Below are positions 58,712 through 64,000 of a stretch of DNA of 64,000 bases, one piece after another. The notes under the pieces were generated by a model. It ran no database searches. It was not told the origin of the DNA and was given only the letters and a program-made list of their open reading frames with translations. Numbering within the stretch: the first letter of the stretch is position 1; every line of letters begins with the position of its first letter. The position numbers and the translations under genes were made by a program. The stretch comes from Vitrella brassicaformis CCMP3155 (taxonomy: Eukaryota; Protista; Chromerida). The stretch covers positions 1-64,000 of the forward strand of contig CDMY01000398.1 of the NCBI GenBank assembly GCA_001179505.1. Direction: 5' to 3'.

Positions 58712-61583
58712 ATGACACCTCATCTGGCATCGGAGGCGCGTGCACGTTGGCCTTTCCTGCCCAATTTTCGGCTTCTGCGAGCAGTGCTCATCATGGCGGT
58801 CGGCATCTCTGCCGTCATGGCCAGCGGTGACGAAGACACACACACGAACAGGGGACAGACGAAGGGGGTGGAGAACGATACTCTGAGCTCTGGTAGGCAC
58901 CATTCTGACGCCCACCTCCTCCCGTCACCCTGTGTGTGATGGCGTGTCTGTCAGGGAAGCACACCATGGACGACCGGTCCACGTATGCGCAGCTGATGGA
59001 GGCCCTGTCAGCCGGCCAGCGTCACGTCAACGCGTCGACGTATGCGCAGCTGGTGGACGCCGTCAAGGAGCGTCGTTCGCTGCAGGCCGCCTTCGATGGC
59101 TTCGACGACCTCCCCGAGCTCGACTTAGTCTCGTTAGCTCGGGTGATATTCCAAGACCAGGGCTTCATCAACGTCGCCGCAGATGGGCCTTACAGGGTAT
59201 GTGCAACGCGGGAGGCCGACATAAGACGCAGGAGGGCTCGTAGTACACGTATACGTGTGGGTGCCGGGTGTTTGGTTCATTCAGATCATCGACGTGCTGA
59301 ATGACAAGCTGTTCCGGGAGGGAGTGCGGCTGAGGGATGCACGCACTGACCTGGGCGAGGACCTGCTCGGGCCCATCACTGGTGTGCTGGACCGGGCCAT
59401 CGAGTCACAGAACATACTCCTCAACGGTCGGCAGACACTTCACTCACACACACAGAGGAGAGGGATGTGTGGGTTGGGCTCATGCAGGGACGAAGCAGGC
59501 CAAGACTGATGCGCTGGTAGAGTTCTTCAACCCTGCCCGTCCAGCCCCACCACCAGAAGAACCAGAGGAGCCGACGTTCCCTTTTACTTCCCGACCACCC
59601 GCAACCACACCCGAGCCAACAACCCCAACACCCGACGATGGAGCTGTTGAATTTGAATTCCCAGGTACGTACGCGGACCACACACAGAGAGAACTGGATG
59701 ATCGCTGCTTCGTATCAAATAATCAGAGTGCGTCATCGTGACGAAGGTGTCTCGCTCGTGCTCCGACAAGTACTACGAGTGCTTCGCGGGCTACGACCCA
59801 TTCGGCTACCGTTCGTACGACTTCGACGGCGGCCTGGGGCTGGCGGGGGAAGGGGAGCTCATGCAGCCTGGCATCGACGCAGAGCTCTGCTTGCCAAAGG
59901 AGTTTGGGCCGGACGACGACAAGGACGTTTTCTTGCCACCGGTGAGGAGGAACGCACAGACAGCTCCAGATACATATAGTGTATACTCATGAGAGGTGGG
60001 GGATGGGTATTGGTACGTATGTGTGTGTGTGTAGGATGGGGTGGGGCGGATTCTGCGATTGGTGAGGTTCGACGAGGAGACCGACAGCGACGACGACGGC
60101 ATCAAGGAATGCGATGAGTCCTTCCGTTCTTCAGCAGATCCGGAGGGCAACGAGACGCTTGCGTGCCAGGAGAAGTTTCCCATCTACGGCGGCTCGTCGC
60201 TGTTCAACGACCCCCTGTTCGGCCTCACCAACACCTTCAGGACGTTCCTCTACCTCACCAAACAGGAAGTGCCCACCATGCTCGAGGAGGCAAGTCTACA
60301 CACACACCCACGTAAACACATACGCACACGGATACACACGTGCCTGTGTGTGTGTGTGTGTGTGTGTCTGGATGGATGGCTGGATGGATAGCTTCTGGGT
60401 ATTGCGATCGAGAAGGGCGTCCTGACGGTCTTCCTGGAGCTGATAGAGAAGGCCAAGGAGCTCGACTTTATGAAGAAGTGGGAGGGCATCGACTGGAAGA
60501 AGGATAAGAAGGGCAAGGACAAGGGCAAGGGCAAAGACAAGGGCGACAGGGGGGGAGGAGACGACGATAAGGCAGACGATGACCTGGATGACGACGACAC
60601 AGACGATGGTGACGATGATAGCGACGACGACGAGGACGTGCCTGAGGGCGGCCACGTTGTCGATCCCTTCGGCTCGTACTTCATCATGGTTTTTGAATTC
60701 CCCAACTTCACCGTAAGCCTGCACACGCAGCGCACACGCACCACAGGAAATGGATACCACATCAAGGCCCAATAATGTGTGTGTGTGCAGGGGCCGGCAG
60801 GCGAGAATAAGTCTGGGCGCAACACGTCGTTTCTCTTTTCGCTGGGCGACGCGCCGCCCGGCCTGTGCACCGAGAATGCCGAGGGCATCCCCGGCAGGCC
60901 CGAGACACGATACCCCGAGTGCGCATCCACCAGCAAGGGCGCGAAATGGGCGCTTGCGAGAAGGCTGGCCACCGATCAGCCTATCGCCTGCAATGGTCCG
61001 TCTGTCTCTCTGTCCGTGAGGGGGCGTGTGCGATGTGTGGTACCATCATGATGGGTTCTTCTCTCTCTCTGTGTGTGTGTGTGCCTATATGCAGGCTTCA
61101 TGGTGGACGAGAACCTCTGCATCTTCGACATTGAGATAGAGGCAAGCAGAGGACGAGGCGGCAGCAGCACACACACGGGAGAACCAATGCCGAGCATGTC
61201 TCTCTGTTTGGGTGTGTGTGTGCAGTTTACGGCTTTCCCGAAGGGAGTGGAGTGTCTGGATAACTGCGAGGATTTGGTGCTGACGGACATCGCCATCTTG
61301 ACGCGCACATCCATCCAGGAGGGCGACACCGAAGGTGTCTTCGACCAAGCCGCCATAGCAACAGGGGGCGGAGATGATGAACCACAACCACCTAGCGGCG
61401 GCGGCGAGTACGCACAGGCACCACACGCACACAAATTACCCGTGTTTCTCTCTCTGTATGTCTGTCGTCAGAGCGCCGCCGACGTCAGACTCTCGGGGAG
61501 CGAGGCGGTCTCATTCGTCGCCCTCGTCTGCTGCAAGTTGGGAGCCGACCCTGGCAGTCAGCTCGTTGGGCGGCGTCAAGTGA
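58712..61583 (+). CDS. Predicted secreted/surface protein of unknown function with Cys-containing blocks, a Pro/Thr linker and Lys/Asp low-complexity tracts
   Basis: Leader ...FRLLRAVLIMAVGISAVMASG; duplicated STYAQL helix; PATTPEPTTPTP; Cys blocks; KKDKKGKDKGKGKDKG followed by poly-Asp. Exons join in frame, and two junctions need GC donors. Confidence 0.65.
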
Positions 61584-62330
61584 CCGAGAATTCACACACA
61601 CACATGCTAGCTAGAGGGGTATGTGCGTGTGGACATGCAAACCCACACCAGTGCGTGTGTGGGTGTGGTGTGGTGTGCCATACGTAAAGTAGCTGTTAAT
61701 ACAGGTAATGAGGTTTGCTTACTCTGTGGGGTGGGATGGGTGGGGTGGGTGCGTAGCTGCTGCAATCAATGTGTTGTGCGTATCTGCACACGAAACGATG
61801 GCCAGATGCTCTCTCTTTATTTGTCTGCGAAATTGATTGGTCGATGCGGACAGACAGACATCGATGGATGCATGGATGGATGAGACTCAACTGAGTGAGT
61901 GAGTACTCTGTGTCTGCGGCATACATATATATATATTTATTCACCCACAATGCAATCTATGCCTCTGTCTGTCTCGTTCTTTCTCGACCACTCTCACTCT
62001 GTCTGATGCAGACAGAGTTCACTCGCTGCCCTTAAGTGTTCATCAGACACTCGGCACTGACGTGCCAATGGGATGACTCCCGTCAGCCATCCATCGAAAC
62101 GTCAGACAGGAGTGTGCGATGGACACTGAAGCCGAGACGTGCCAGCTACCACGAGCGATACCATCACGTCACTCAGGGAGCCATGAATCGACCCACAAAC
62201 TACCGACGCTGCTGACGAACATGTAGGTATCTCTCTCTTGTGTCTAGTGCCGACACAGCTGATCTGATCTATACACACTCTCACACACTCGCCCAGCCGC
62301 CCAACCACCTTCACCCGTGCCTGTGTGCTA

Positions 62331-62688
62331 TCAGCCGCCATCACTTTGCTGTTTGTCGTTGGTCTCTCGTGGTGGCGGTGGTGGCGGTGGCTGCCTGACG
62401 CGCACCACCTCCAGGTCCAGCACCACCTGCCCTGCCACATCAATGCCCAACGCCTGACTCTCCCTGTCCAGCCACATACCACACACATAAAGACACACAC
62501 GCGTATGACAGCACTGACTGCCAATCCAATCCAATATATTCATTGGTGCATCGGCAATTCAATCCGTGTTGACCTGTCGACCCTGACGGCGTTGAAGACG
62601 GTCGAGTAGAGGCGCCTCCTCTGGCTGTCAGAACTGGGGAACGGACCCACATTCTCACTCGTGTAGCTGATCAGACCGGCAGACCAGG

Positions 62689-62724
<36 letters not shown>

Positions 62725-63546
62725 CATGCATCACATCAACCACAACCCCGCTGATGACTTGCCCCAGGTAGGAAGGTATGATGAGTCTCCTCTTGCCGCC
62801 CTGCCGCATCCCCAGCAGCCCCTCCTCGAGACCCTTGATGATCGGGCTCTCGCCCAGGGTAATCCGATAAGGCTCACGCTGATCCCGCGCACTCTCAAAC
62901 ACATACCCCTGACGACCTGCAAGTACACACGCCACGCCCAGACAGCCAGACAGACAATGGACAGGACGGGCTCTCATCTGACTGGACAGTGCAGGGCAGG
63001 GCAGGAATCCCCCCGACCTGCGAGCCGTCCTGTCCAGTAGAAGTTGACTCTGCTGCCCATGGTCACCTCCGGCCCGTCACCCAGGTCATAATCCGCGTAC
63101 TGCAGACCCGACATCGTCTGCACCATTCCAACCACCGACACAAACCACACACAGACACGGACACATACAGAAGCTTCTTGCAAGCTGCCACAATCGCTGC
63201 AGAGCATCCAAACGTATGTCACCTTCCTGAACTCGGGTTTCTTTTCCCAGTGCGGCTGTTCTGCAAGGGCCGGTCGCCGCACAAACACAGGTGAGCTGGC
63301 AGTGACAATCGCCCACAGCAGCAAGGAATGCCACGATGATGCGGACGTGTGATGGTACTGCCTGCGGTCGGCTGCAGAGGGTGCCCGCAGGCCATCGTGA
63401 CGGCCTGCATCTGGTGCATCTGGCTCATGGCAGTAGGTCTCCTGCACGCGCAAGATCAGCCGCGAAGTGGCGCTGTGATGAATTGGGGGTGGCAGAAACG
63501 CCATTGGTGGCTGAGGGTGCATCCATAGAGGGGCTCCGCACGTCAT
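62331..63546 (-). CDS. FKBP-type peptidyl-prolyl isomerase with a plastid/thylakoid-lumen-type leader
   Basis: TMSGLQYADYDLGDG, VNFYWTGRL, YVFES, IKGLEEGLLGMRQGGKRRLIIPSYLG|YTSENVGP. The leader has AFL, a twin-Arg DRRQ, a hydrophobic stretch and an ALA|E cleavage site. The extreme 5' exon is uncertain. Confidence 0.85.
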
Positions 63547-64000
63547 TTCGCGTCTTCTTTGTCGGGGAAGCGATCAGGCTGCAAGCTCAGCGCGCAGGAA
63601 GAGAGAAGGAGGCGCCCCTGATGCAGCTGTCGGCTGAAGCAAGTATAGCGGGTGCATATTTGGTGTCATGCTGCGTGTTCCAGCTCCTGACAACCATCAT
63701 CTTCCCGTAGGCAGAGGCAAAGATGATGCATTCGCGCATTCTCCTCTCTCATTGGCGTCCTTCCTGCTTTGGCATGGCTCTCTCTTTCAGACTGCTTCCC
63801 CTGTTTGCGTCACCTTCTCATATGGGCGGCTCTCTGCTGGTGTCATGCGACAGTGTGACGAGCCTTCTCTCCGCCTTATGCGTGGGCACGCGTGGCCGCA
63901 GCGTCGCTGCGGACGACGTGCATCGGCTGTGGGGAGTCTACTTTGCAGTGCTATCCGTCCGTAGGACACGGAGATAGGCAGGGGAACCGACACACGAACA

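Overview
Intron-rich, GC-rich eukaryotic genomic DNA. Introns are short, mostly GT-AG, and packed with (CA)n, (GA)n, (GACA)n, (GGAT)n and (GGCA)n microsatellites, so most short ORFs in the supplied track are artefacts and real genes had to be spliced by hand. The beta-alpha-order transhydrogenase, the bipartite plastid-type leaders (PAO/Tic55-like Rieske oxygenase, lumenal FKBP) and the intron style point to a photosynthetic chromerid such as Vitrella brassicaformis (inference, not verified). About 20 protein-coding genes were reconstructed: NNT, multi-BRCT protein, F-box-like protein, a 58-aa membrane microprotein, nucleoredoxin-like protein, MFS/SLC22 transporter, Ser-less alpha/beta hydrolase, CCT, acetyl-CoA synthetase, PITH protein, PAO-like Rieske oxygenase, UBL-coiled-coil-RING E3, a phage-like protein, Sec20, an F-box/LRR-like family member, a CCCH zinc-finger protein, an ankyrin protein, an ABC1 kinase, a secreted Cys/acidic protein, an FKBP and one small hypothetical. 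Many are in head-to-head pairs. Most striking observations: (1) a 137-aa gene with five phase-1 introns whose product resembles a bacteriophage hypothetical-protein family (GLIYTD...YSEQGMQG..YVS motif), next to a 22-intron ubiquitin-like/coiled-coil/RING gene with an atypical intron style; (2) a roughly 50-bp-stem fold-back hairpin built from a copia-like retroelement fragment; (3) an inverted duplicate of a promoter plus targeting-peptide exon 29 kb away; (4) a hidden three-exon microprotein. No rRNA, tRNA or CRISPR was seen. All exon structures are manual predictions; CDS coordinates are gene spans including introns.
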